Both the position numbers and the translations under genes were made by a program. Source: Eledone cirrhosa (lineage: Eukaryota). Taken from it: DNA of 64,000 nt. Under the pieces are notes generated by a model. That model was not told the DNA's origin. It was given only the letters and a program-made list of their open reading frames with translations, and made no database searches. The stretch is taken from contig OZ024744.1 in the NCBI GenBank assembly GCA_964016885.1, positions 4,030,001 to 4,094,000 on the forward strand, written 5' to 3'. Position 1 is the first letter of the stretch. Every line of letters begins with the position of its first letter. Positions 41,501-54,040 of this stretch are shown piece after piece.

Positions 41501-43122
41501 AAGGTAGAGAAAGATGACTTGGTGAAGAACCAAGTTTTGGGGGAAGACAAGGTAGATAAAGATAGCTTGGTGAAGAACGAAGTTTTGGGGGAATACAAGG
41601 TAGAGAAAGATAGCTTGGTGAAGAACGACGTTTTGAGGGAAGACAACGTAGAGAAAGATAGCTTGGTGAAGAACGAAGTTTTGGGGAAGACAATGTAGAG
41701 AAAGATAGCTTGGTGAAGAACGAAGTTTTGGGGGAAGACAAGGTAGAGAAAGATAGCTTGGTGAAGAACGGAGTTGTCAGGGAAGACAAGGTAGAGAAAG
41801 ATAGCTTGGTGAAGAACGACGTTTTGTGGGAAGACAAGGTAGAGAAAGATATCTTGGTGAAGAACGAAGTTTTGACGGAAGACAAGGTAGAGAAAGATAG
41901 CTTGCGAAGAACGAAGTTTTGGGGGAAGACAAGGTAGAGAAAGATAGCTTGGTGAAGAACGAAGTTTTGTGGGAGGACAAGGTAGAGAAAGATAGCTTGG
42001 TGAAGAACGACGTTTTGAGGGAAGACAAGGTAGAGAAAGATAGCTTGGTGAAGAACGAAGTTTTGAAGGAAGACAAGGTAGAGAAAGATAGCTTGGTGAA
42101 GAATGACGTTTTGTGGGAAGACAAGGTAGAGAAAGATAGCTTGGTGAAGAACGAAGTTTTGAGGGAAGACAAGGTAGAGAAAGATAGCTTGGTGAATAAC
42201 GAAGTTTTGGGGGAAGACAAGGTCGAAAAAGATAGCTTGGTGAAGAACGAAGTTTTGAGGGAAGACAAGGTAGAGAAAGATAGCTTGGTGAAGAACGAAG
42301 TTTTGGGGAAGATAAGGTAGAGAAAGATAGCTAGGTGAAGAACGAAGTTTTGAGGGAAGACAAGGTAGAGAAAGATAGCTTGGTGAAGAACGACGTTTTG
42401 TGGGAAGACAAGGTAGAGAAAGATAGCTTGGGGAAGAACGAAGTTTTGGGGGAAGACAAGGTAGAGAAAGATAGCTTGGTGAAGTACGAAGTTTTGGGGG
42501 AAGACGAGGTAGAGAAAGATAGCTTGGTGAACAACGAAGTTTTGGGGGAAGACAAGGTAGAGAAAGATAGCTTGGTGAAGAACGAAGTTTTGGGGAAGAC
42601 AATGTAGAGAAAGATAGCTTGGTGAAGAACGAAGTTTTGGGGGAAGACAAGGTAGAGAAAGATAGCTTGGTGAAGAACGAAGGTTTGAGGGAAGACAAGG
42701 TAGAGAAAAATAGCTTGGTGAATAACGAAGTTTTGGGAGAAGACAAGGTAGAGAAAGATAGCTTGGTGAAGAACGACTTTTTGAGGGAAGACAAGGTAGA
42801 GAAAGATAGCTTGGTGAAGAACGAAGTTTTGGGGAAGACAATGTAGAGAAAGATATCTTGGTGAAGAACGAAGTTTTGACGGAAGACAAGGTAGAGAAAG
42901 ATAGCTTGGTGAAGAATGACGTTTTGTGGGAAGACAAGGTAGAGAAAGATAGCTTGGTGAAGAACGACGTTTTGTGGGAAGACAAGGTAGAGAAAGATAG
43001 CTTGGTGAAGAACGAAGTTTTGGGGAAGATAAGGTAGAGAAAGATAGCTAGGTGAAGAACGAAGTTTTGAGGGAAGACAAGGTAGAGAAAGATAGCTTGG
43101 TGAAGAACGACGTTTTGTGGGA
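30865..43122 (+). repeat. Large duplication ~30865-35700 to ~38239-43122 (offset 7374, then 7422 after a one-monomer indel)
   Basis: ORF pairs 31557/38931 and 32663/40037 differ by 7374. Pairs 32899/40321, 33426/40848, 33635/41057, 34288/41710, 34913/42335 and 35197/42619 differ by 7422. The AAGTACGAA monomer at ~40184 is absent from the first copy. Confidence 0.9.
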
Positions 43123-46100
43123 TGACAAGGTAGAGAAAGATGACTTGGTGAAGAACCAAGTTTTGGGGGAAGACAAGGTAGATAAAGATAGCTTGGTGAA
43201 GAACGAAGTTTTGGGGGAATACAAGGTAGAGAAAGATAGCTTGGTGAAGAACGACGTTTTGAGGGAAGACAACGTAGAGAAAGATAGCTTGGTGAAGAAC
43301 GAAGTTTTGGGGAAGACAATGTAGAGAAAGATAGCTTGGTGAAGAACGAAGTTTTGGGGGAAGACAAGGTAGAGAAAGATAGCTTGGTGAAGAACGGAGT
43401 TGTCAGGGAAGACAAGGTAGAGACAGATAGCTTGGTGAAGAACGACGATTTGTGGGAAGACAAGGTAGAGAAAGATATCTTGGTGAAGAACGAAGTTTTG
43501 ACGGAAGACAAGGTAGAGAAAGATAGCTTGCGAAGAACGAAGTTTTGGGGGAAGACAAGGTAGAGAAAGATAGCTTGGTGAAGAACGAAGTTTTGTGGGA
43601 GGACAAGGTAGAGAAAGATAGCTTGGTGAAGAACGACGTTTTGAGGGAAGACAAGGTAGAGAAAGATAGCTTGGTGAAGAACGAAGTTTTGAAGGAAGAC
43701 AAGGTAGAGAAAGATAGCTTGGTGAAGAATGACGTTTTGTGGGAAGACAAGGTAGAGAAATATAGCTTGGTGAAGAACGAAGTTTTGAGGGAAGACAAGG
43801 TAGAGAAAGATAGCTTGGTGAATAACGAAGTTTTGGGAGAAGACAAGGTCGAGAAAGATAGCTTGGTGAAGAACGAAATTTTGAGGGAAGACAAGGTAGA
43901 GAAAGATAGCTTGGTGAAGAACGACGTTTTGAGGGAAGACAAAATAGAGAAAGATAGCTTGGTGAAGAACGACGTTTTGTGGGATGACAAGGTAGAGAAA
44001 GATGACTTGGTGAAGAACCAAGTTTTGGGGGAAGACAAGGTAGATAAAGATAGCTTGGTGAAGAACGAAGTTTTGGGGGAATACAAGGTAGAGAAAGATA
44101 GCTTGGTGAAGAACGACGTTTTGAGGGAAGACAACGTAGAGAAAGATAGCTTGGTGAAGAACGAAGTTTTGGGGAAGACAATGTAGAGAAAGATAGCTTG
44201 GTGAAGAACGAAGTTTTGGGGGAAGACAAGGTAGAGAAAGATAGCTTGGTGAAGAACGGAGTTGTCAGGGAAGACAAGGTAGAGAAAGATAGCTTGGTGA
44301 AGAACGACGTTTTGTGGGAAGACAAGGTAGAGAAAGATATCTTGGTGAAGAACGAAGTTTTGACGGAAGACAAGGTAGAGAAAGATAGCTTGCGAAGAAC
44401 GAAGTTTTGGGGGAAGACAAGGTAGAGAAAGATAGCTTGGTGAAGAACGAAGTTTTGTGGGAGGACAAGGTAGAGAAAGATAGCTTGGTGAAGAACGACG
44501 TTTTGAGGGAAGACAAGGTAGAGAAAGATAGCTTGGTGAAGAACGAAGTTTTGAAGGAAGACAAGGTAGAGAAAGATAGCTTGGTGAAGAATGACGTTTT
44601 GTGGGAAGACAAGGTAGAGAAAGATAGCTTGGTGAAGAACGAAGTTTTGAGGGAAGACAAGGTAGAGAAAGATAGCTTGGTGAATAACGAAGTTTTGGGG
44701 GAAGACAAGGTCGAAAAAGATAGCTTGGTGAAGAACGAAGTTTTGAGGGAAGACAAGGTAGAGAAAGATAGCTTGGTGAAGAACGAAGTTTTGGGGAAGA
44801 TAAGGTAGAGAAAGATAGCTAGGTGAAGAACGAAGTTTTGAGGGAAGACAAGGTAGAGAAAGATAGCTTGGTGAAGAACGACGTTTTGTGGGAAGACAAG
44901 GTAGAGAAAGATAGCTTGGGGAAGAACGAAGTTTTGGGGGAAGACAAGGTAGAGAAAGATAGCTTGGTGAAGTACGAAGTTTTGGGGGAAGACGAGGTAG
45001 AGAAAGATAGCTTGGTGAACAACGAAGTTTTGGGGGAAGACAAGGTAGAGAAAGATAGCTTGGTGAAGAACGAAGTTTTGGGGAAGACAATGTAGAGAAA
45101 GATAGCTTGGTGAAGAACGAAGTTTTGGGGGAAGACAAGGTAGAGAAAGATAGCTTGGTGAAGAACGAAGGTTTGAGGGAAGACAAGGTAGAGAAAGATA
45201 GCTTGGTGAATAACGAAGTTTTGGGAGAAGACAAGGTAGAGAAAGATAGCTTGGTGAAGAACGACTTTTTGAGGGAAGACAAGGTAGAGAAAGATAGCTT
45301 GGTGAAGAACGAAGTTTTGGGGAAGACAATGTAGAGAAAGATATCTTGGTGAAGAACGAAGTTTTGACGGAAGACAAGGTAGAGAAAGATAGCTTGGTGA
45401 AGAATGACGTTTTGTGGGAAGACAAGGTAGAGAAAGATAGCTTGGTGAAGAACGACGTTTTGTGGGAAGACAAGGTAGAGAAAGATAGCTTGGTGAAGAA
45501 CGAAGTTTTGGGGAAGATAAGGTAGAGAAAGATAGCTAGGTGAAGAACGAAGTTTTGAGGGAAGACAAGGTAGAGAAAGATAGCTTGGTGAAGAACGACG
45601 TTTTGTGGGAAGACAAGGTAGAGAAAGATAGCTTGGGGAAGAACGAAGTTTTGGGGGAAGACAAGGTAGAGAAAGATAGCTTGGTGAAGTACGAAGTTTT
45701 GGGGGAAGACGAGGTAGAGAAAGATAGCTTGGTGAACAACGAAGTTTTGGGGGAAGACAAGGTAGAGAAAGATAGCTTGGTGAAGAACGACGTTTTGTGG
45801 GAAGACAAGGTAGAGAAAGATAGCTTGGGGAAGAACGAAGTTTTGGGGGAAGACAAGGTAGAGAAAGATAGCTTGGTGAAGTACGAAGTTTTGGGGGAAG
45901 ACGAGGTAGAGAAAGATAGCTTGGTGAACAACGAAGTTTTGGGGGAAGACAAGGTAGAGAAAGATAGCTTGGTGAAGAACGAAGTTTTGGGGAAGACAAT
46001 GTAGAGAAAGATAGCTTGGTGAAGAACGAAGTTTTGGGGGAAGACAAGGTAGAGAAAGATAGCTTGGTGAAGAACGAAGGTTTGAGGGAAGACAAGGTAG

Positions 46101-48155
46101 AGAAAGATAGCTTGGTGAATAACGAAGTTTTGGGAGAAGACAAGGTAGAGAAAGATAGCTTGGTGAAGAACGACTTTTTGAGGGAAGACAAGGTAGAGAA
46201 AGATAGCTTGGTGAAGAACGAAGTTTTGGGGAAGACAATGTAGAGAAAGATATCTTGGTGAAGAACGAAGTTTTGACGGAAGACAAGGTAGAGAAAGATA
46301 GCTTGGTGAAGAATGACGTTTTGTGGGAAGACAAGGTAGAGAAAGATAGCTTGGTGAAGAACGACGTTTTGTGGGAAGACAAGGTAGAGAAAGATAGCTT
46401 GGTGAAGAACGAAGTTTTGGGGAAGATAAGGTAGAGAAAGATAGCTAGGTGAAGAACGAAGTTTTGAGGGAAGACAAGGTAGAGAAAGATAGCTTGGTGA
46501 AGAACGACGTTTTGTGGGAAGACAAGGTAGAGAAAGATAGCTTGGGGAAGAACGAAGTTTTGGGGGAAGACAAGGTAGAGAAAGATAGCTTGGTGAAGTA
46601 CGAAGTTTTGGGGGAAGACGAGGTAGAGAAAGATAGCTTGGTGAACAACGAAGTTTTGGGGGAAGACAAGGTAGAGAAAGATAGCTTGGTGAAGAACGAA
46701 GTTTTGGGGAAGACAATGTAGAGAAAGATAGCTTGGTGAAGAACGAAGTTTTGGGGGAAGACAAGGTAGAGAAAGATAGCTTGGTGAAGAACGAAGGTTT
46801 GAGGGAAGACAAGGTAGAGAAAGATAGCTTGGTGAATAACGAAGTTTTGGGAGAAGACAAGGTAGAGAAAGATAGCTTGGTGAAGAACGACTTTTTGAGG
46901 GAAGACAAGGTAGAGAAAGATAGCTTGGTGAAGAACGAAGTTTTGGGGAAGACAATGTAGAGAAAGATATCTTGGTGAAGAACGAAGTTTTGACGGAAGA
47001 CAAGGTAGAGAAAGATAGCTTGGTGAAGAATGACGTTTTGTGGGAAGACAAGGTAGAGAAAGATAGCCTGGTGAAGAACGACGTTTTGTGGGAAGACAAG
47101 GTAGAGAAAGATAGCTTGGTGAAGAACGAAGTTTTGTGGGAAGACAAGGTAGAGAAAGATAGCTTGGTGAAGAACGAAGTTTTGGGGGAAGACAAGGTAG
47201 AGAAAGATAGCTTGGTGAAGAACGAAGTTTTGGGGGAAGACGAGGTAGAGAAAGATAGCTTGGTGAACAACGAAGTTTTGGGGGAAGACAAGGTAGAGAA
47301 AGATAGCTTGGTGAATAACGAAGTTTTGGGAGAAGACAAGGTAGAGAAAGATAGCTTGGTGAAGAACGATGTTTTGAGGGAAGACAAGGTAGAGAAAGAT
47401 AGCTTGGTGAAGAACGACGTTTTGAGGGAAGACAAGGTAGAGAAAGATAGCTTGGTGAAGAACGACGTTTTGTGGGAAGACAAGGTAGAGAAAGATAGCT
47501 TGGTGAAGAACGAAGTTTTGGGGGAAGACAAGGTAGAGAAAGATAGCTTGCGAAGAACGAAGTTTTGGGGGAAGACAAGGTAGAGAAAGATAGCTTGGTG
47601 AAGAACGAAGTTTTGGGGGAAGACAAGGTAGAGAAAGATAGCTTGGTGAAGAACGACGTTTTGAGGGAAGACGAGGTAGAGAAAGATAGCTTGGTGAAGA
47701 ACGAAGTTTTGAGGGAAGACAAGCTAGAGAAAGATAGCTTGGTGAAGAACGATGTTTTGAGGGAAGACAAGGTAGAAAAAGATAGCTTGGTGAAGAACGA
47801 CGTTTTGAGGGAAGACAAGGTAGAGAAAGATAGCTTGGTGAAGAACGACGTTTTGTGGGAAGACAAGATAGAGAAAGATAGCTTGGTGAAGAACGAAGTT
47901 TTGGGGGAAGACAAGGTAGAGAAAGATAGCTTGGTGAAGAACGAAGTTTTGGGGGAAGACAAGGTAGAGAAAGAGAGCTTGGTGAAGAACGACGTTTTGA
48001 TGAAAGACAAGGTAGAGAAAGATAGCTTGGTGAAGAACGAAGTTTTGGGGAAGACAATGTAGAGAAAGATAGCTTGGTGAAGAACGAAGTTTTGGGGGAA
48101 GACAAGGTAGAGAAAGATAGCTTGGTGAAGAACGAAGTTCTGGGGGAAGACAAGG
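33175..48155 (+). repeat. Large duplication ~33175-38245 to ~43085-48155 (offset 9910 bp)
   Basis: All ORFs from 33426/43336 to 37655/47565 differ by 9910. The private variant GATAGCCTG occurs only at ~37152 and ~47062. Confidence 0.92.
34880..37200 (+). repeat. Triplicated 717-bp unit (15 monomers minus 3 nt); the middle copy is 909 bp from an internal 4-monomer duplication; whole set repeated at ~44790-47110
   Basis: GATAAGG...AGCTAGG at 34909, 35626 and 36535 gives spacings of 717 and 909. The LGKN/KYE pair is doubled at ~35720-36010. Confidence 0.9.
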
Positions 48156-51100
48156 TATAGAAAGATAGCTTGGTGAAGAACGAAGTTTTGGGAGAAGACA
48201 AGGTAGAGAAAGATATCTTGGTGAAGAACGAAGTTTTGACGGAAGACAAGGTAGAGAAAGATAGCTTGGTGAAGAATGACGTTTTGTGGGAAGACAAGGT
48301 AGAGAAAGATAGCTTGGTGAAGAACGAAGTTTTGTGTGAAGACAAGGTAGAGAAAGATAGCTTGGTGAAGAACGAAGTTTTGGGGGAAGACAAGGCAGAG
48401 AAAGATAGATTGGTGAAGAACGAAGTTTTGGGGGAAGACAAGGTAGCGAAAGATAGCTTGGTGAATAACGAAGTTTTGGGGGAAGACAAGGTAGAGAAAG
48501 ATAGCTTGGTGAATAACGAAGTTTTGGGAGAAGACAAGGTCGAGAAAGATAGCTTGGTGAAGAACGAAATTTTGAGGGAAGACAAGGTAGAGAAAGATAG
48601 CTTGGTGAAGAACGACGTTTTGAGGGAAGACAAAATAGAGAAAGATAGCTTGGTGAAGAACGACGTTTTGCGGGATGACAAGGTAGAGAAAGATGACTTG
48701 GTGAAGAACGAAGTTTTGGGGGAAGACAAGGTAGAGAAAGATAGCTTGGTGAAGAACGACGTTTTGAGGGAAGACAAGGTAGAGAAAGATAGCTTGGTGA
48801 AGAACGAAGTTTTGGGGAAGACAATGTAGAGAAAGATAGCTTGGTGAAGAACGAAGTTTTGGGGGAAGACAAGGTAGAGAAAGATAGCTTGGTGAAGAAC
48901 GGAGTTCTGAGGGAAGACAAGGTAGAGAAAGATAGCTTGGTGAAGAACGACGTTTTGTGGGAAGACAAGGTAGAGAAAGATATCTTGGTGAAGAACGAAG
49001 TTTTGACGGAAGACAAGGTAGAGAAAGATAGCTTGCGAAGAACGAAGTTTTGGGGGAAGACAAGGTAGAGAAAGATAGCTTGGTGAAGAACGAAGTTTTG
49101 TGGGAGGACAAGGTAGAGAAAGATAGCTTGGTGAAGAATGACGTTTTGTGGGAAGACAAGGTAGAGAAAGATAGCTTGGTGAAGAACGAAGTTTTGAGGG
49201 AAGACAAGGTAGAGAAAGATAGCTTGGTGAATAACGAAGTTTTGGGGGAAGACAAGGTCGAAAAAGATAGCTTGGTGAAGAACGAAGTTTTGAGGGAAGA
49301 CAAGGTAGAGAAAGATAGATTGGTGAAGAACGAAGTTTTGGGGAAGACAAGGTAGAGAAAGATAGCTTGGTGAAGAACGAAGTTTTGAGGGAAGACAAGG
49401 TAGAGAAAGATAGCTTGGTGAAGAACGACGTTTTGTGGGAAGACAAGGTAGAGAAAGATAGCTTGGTGAAGAACGAAGTTTTGTGGGAAGACAAGGTAGA
49501 GAAAGATAGCTTGGTGAAGAACGAAGTTTTGGGGGAAGACAAGGTAGAGAAAGATAGCTTGGTGAAGAACGAAGTTTTGGGGGAAGACGAGGTAGAGAAA
49601 GATAGCTTGGTGAACAACGAAGTTTTGGGGGAAGACAAGGTAGAGAAAGATAGCTTGGTGAAGAACGAAGTTTTGGGGAAGACAATGTAGAGAAAGATAG
49701 CTTGGTGAAGAACGAAGTTTTGTGGGAAGACAAGGTAGAGAAAGATAGCTTGGTGAAGAACGAAGGTTTGAGGGAAGACAAGGTAGAGAAAGATAGCTTG
49801 GGGAATAACGAAGTTTTGGGAGAAGACAAGGTAGAGAAAGATAGCTTGGTGAAGAACGACTTTTTGAGGGAAGACAAGGTAGAGAAAGATAGCTTGGTGA
49901 AGAACGAAGTTTTGGGGAAGACAATGTAGAGAAAGATATCTTGGTGAAGAACGAAGTTTTGACGGAAGACAAGGTAGAGAAAGATAGCTTGGTGAAGAAC
50001 GAAGTTTTGGGGGAAGACAAGTTAGAGAAAGATAGCTTGGTGAAGAACGAAGTTTTGGGGAAAGACGAGGTAGAGAAAGATAGCTTGGTGAACAACGAAG
50101 TTTTGGGGGAAGACAAGGTAGAGAAAGATAGCTTGGTGAATAACGAAGTTTTGGGAGAAGACAAGGTAGAGAAAGATAGCTTGGTGAAGAACGATGTTTT
50201 GAGGGAAGACAAGGTAGAGAAAGATAGCTTGGTGAAGAACGACGTTTTGAGGGAAGACAAGGTAGAGAAAGATAGCTTGGTGAAGAACGACGTTTTGTGG
50301 GAAGACAAGGTAGAGAAAGATAGCTTGGTGAAGAACGAAGTTTTGGGGAAGACAATGTAGAGAAAGATAGCTTGGTGAAGAACGAAGTTTTGGGGGAAGA
50401 CAAGGTAGAGAAAGATAGCTTGGTGAAGAACGAAGGTTTGAGGGAAGACAAGGTAGAGAAAGATAGCTTGGTGAATAACGAAGTTTTGGGAGAAGACAAG
50501 GTAGAGAAAGATAGCTTGGTGAAGAACGACGTTTTGAGGGAAGACAAGGTAGAGAAAGATAGCTTGGTGAAGAACGACGTTTTGTGGGAAGACAAGGTAG
50601 AGAAAGATAGCTTGGTGAAGAACGAAGTTTTGGGGGAAGACAAGGTAGAGAAAGATAGCTTGCGAAGAACGAAGTTTTGGGGGAAGACAAGGTAGAGAAA
50701 GATAGCTTGGTGAAGAACGAAGTTTTGGGGGAAGACAAGGTAGAGAAAGATAGCTTGGTGAAGAACGACGTTTTGAGGGAAGACGAGGTAGAGAAAGATA
50801 GCTTGGTGAAGAACGAAGTTTTGAGGGAAGACAAGCTAGAGAAAGATAGCTTGGTGAAGAACGATGTTTTGAGGGAAGACAAGGTAGAAAAAGATAGCTT
50901 GGTGAAGAACGACGTTTTGAGGGAAGACAAGGTAGAGAAAGATAGCTTGGTGAAGAACGACGTTTTGTGGGAAGACAAGATAGAGAAAGATAGCTTGGTG
51001 AAGAACGAAGTTTTGGGGGAAGACAAGGTAGAGAAAGATAGCTTGGTGAAGAACGAAGTTTTGGGGGAAGACAAGGTAGAGAAAGAGAGCTTGGTGAAGA

Positions 51101-54040
51101 ACGACGTTTTGATGAAAGACAAGGTAGAGAAAGATAGCTTGGTGAAGAACGAAATTTTGGGGAAGACAATGTAGAGAAAGATAGCTTGGTGAAGAACGAA
51201 GTTTTGGGGGAAGACAAGGTAGAGAAAGATAGCTTGGTGAAGAACGAAGTTCTGGGGGAAGACAAGGTATAGAAAGATAGCTTGGTGAAGAACGACGTTT
51301 TGTGGGAAGACAAGGTAGAGAAAGATAGCTTGGTGAAGAACGAAGTTTTGGGGGAAGACAAGGTAGAGAAAGATAGCTTGCGAAGAACGAAGTTTTGGGG
51401 GAAGACAAGGTAGAGAAAGATAGCTTGGTGAAGAACGAAGTTTTGGGGGAAGACAAGGTAGAGAAAGATAGCTTGCTGAAGAACGACGTTTTGAGGGAAG
51501 ACGAGGTAGAGAAAGATAGCTTGGTGAAGAACGAAGTTTTGAGGGAAGACAAGCTAGAGAAAGATAGCTTGGTGAAGAACGATGTTTTGAGGGAAGACAA
51601 GGTAGAAAAAGATAGCTTGGTGAAGAACGACGTTTTGAGGGAAGACAAGGTAGAGAAAGATAGCTTGGTGAAGAACGACGTTTTGTGGGAAGACAAGATA
51701 GAGAAAGATAGCTTGGTGAAGAACGAAGTTTTGGGGGAAGACAAGGTAGAGAAAGATAGCTTGGTGAAGAACGAAGTTTTGGGGGAAGACAAGGTAGAGA
51801 AAGAGAGCTTGGTGAAGAACGACGTTTTGATGAAAGACAAGGTAGAGAAAGATAGCTTGGTGAAGAACGAAGTTTTGGGGAAGACAATGTAGAGAAAGAT
51901 AGCTTGGTGAAGAACGAAGTTTTGGGGGAAGACAAGGTAGAGAAAGATAGCTTGGTGAAGAACGAAGTTCTGGGGGAAGACAAGGTATAGAAAGATAGCT
52001 TGGTGAAGAACGAAGTTTTGGGAGAAGACAAGGTAGAGAAAGATATCTTGGTGAAGAACGAAGTTTTGACGGAAGACAAGGTAGAGAAAGATAGCTTGGT
52101 GAAGAATGACGTTTTGTGGGAAGACAAGGTAGAGAAAGATAGCTTGGTGAAGAACGAAGTTTTGTGTGAAGACAAGGTAGAGAAAGATAGCTTGGTGAAG
52201 AACGAAGTTTTGGGGGAAGACAAGGCAGAGAAAGATAGATTGGTGAAGAACGAAGTTTTGAGGGATGACAAGGTAGCGAAAGATAGCTTGGTGAATAACG
52301 AAGTTTTGGGGGAAGACAAGGTAGAGAAAGATAGCTTGGTGAATAACGAAGTTTTGGGAGAAGACAAGGTCGAGAAAGATAGCTTGGTGAAGAACGAAAT
52401 TTTGAGGGAAGACAAGGTAGAGAAAGATAGCTTGGTGAAGAACGACGTTTTGAGGGAAGACAAAATAGAGAAAGATAGCTTGGTGAAGAACGACGTTTTG
52501 CGGGATGACAAGGTAGAGAAAGATGACTTGGTGAAGAACGAAGTTTTGGGGGAAGACAAGGTAGAGAAAGATAGCTTGGTGAAGAACGACGTTTTGAGGG
52601 AAGACAAGGTAGAGAAAGATAGCTTGGTGAAGAACGAAGTTTTGGGGAAGACAATGTAGAGAAAGATAGCTTGGTGAAGAACGAAGTTTTGGGGGAAGAC
52701 AAGGTAGAGAAAGATAGCTTGGTGAAGAACGGAGTTCTGAGGGAAGACAAGGTAGAGAAAGATAGCTTGGTGAAGAACGACGTTTTGTGGGAAGACAAGG
52801 TAGAGAAAGATATCTTGGTGAAGAACGAAGTTTTGACGGAAGACAAGGTAGAGAAAGATAGCTTGCGAAGAACGAAGTTTTGGGGGAAGACAAGGTAGAG
52901 AAAGATAGCTTGGTGAAGAACGAAGTTTTGTGGGAGGACAAGGTAGAGAAAGATAGCTTGGTGAAGAATGACGTTTTGTGGGAAGACAAGGTAGAGAAAG
53001 ATAGCTTGGTGAAGAACGAAGTTTTGAGGGAAGACAAGGTAGAGAAAGATAGCTTGGTGAATAACGAAGTTTTGGGGGAAGACAAGGTCGAAAAAGATAG
53101 CTTGGTGAAGAACGAAGTTTTGAGGGAAGACAAGGTAGAGAAAGATAGCTTGGTGAAGAACGAAGTTTTGGGGAAGACAAGGTAGAGAAAGATAGCTTGG
53201 TGAAGAACGAAGTTTTGAGGGAAGACAAGGTAGAGAAAGATAGCTTGGTGAAGAACGACGTTTTGTGGGAAGACAAGGTAGAGAAAGATAGCTTGGTGAA
53301 GAACGAAGTTTTGTGGGAAGACAAGGTAGAGAAAGATAGCTTGGTGAAGAACGAAGTTTTGGGGGAAGACAAGGTAGAGAAAGATAGCTTGGTGAAGAAC
53401 GAAGTTTTGGGGGAAGACGAGGTAGAGAAAGATAGCTTGGTGAACAACGAAGTTTTGGGGGAAGACAAGGTAGAGAAAGATAGCTTGGTGAAGAACGAAG
53501 TTTTGGGGAAGACAATGTAGAGAAAGATAGCTTGGTGAAGAACGAAGTTTTGTGGGAAGACAAGGTAGAGAAAGATAGCTTGGTGAAGAACGAAGGTTTG
53601 AGGGAAGACAAGGTAGAGAAAGATAGCTTGGGGAATAACGAAGTTTTGGGAGAAGACAAGGTAGAGAAAGATAGCTTGGTGAAGAAGGACTTTTTGAGGG
53701 AAGACAAGGTAGAGAAAGATAGCTTGGTGAAGAACGAAGTTTTGGGGAAGACAATGTAGAGAAAGATATCTTGGTGAAGAACGAAGTTTTGACGGAAGAC
53801 AAGGTAGAGAAAGATAGCTTGGTGAAGAACGAAGTTTTGGGGGAAGACAAGTTAGAGAAAGATAGCTTGGTGAAGAACGAAGTTTTGGGGAAAGACGAGG
53901 TAGAGAAAGATAGCTTGGTGAACAACGAAGTTTTGGGGGAAGACAAGGTAGAGAAAGATAGCTTGGTGAATAACGAAGTTTTGGGAGAAGACAAGGTAGA
54001 GAAAGATAGCTTGGTGAAGAACGATGTTTTGAGGGAAGAC
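47450..54040 (+). repeat. Duplication with offset 3830 bp (80 monomers minus 10 nt), with a 718-bp tandem duplication at ~50570-52000
   Basis: ORF pairs 47565/51395, 48170/52000 through 49941/53771 differ by 3830, and 50677/51395 differ by 718. GACAAGATA and GGTATAG are shared. Confidence 0.88.
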
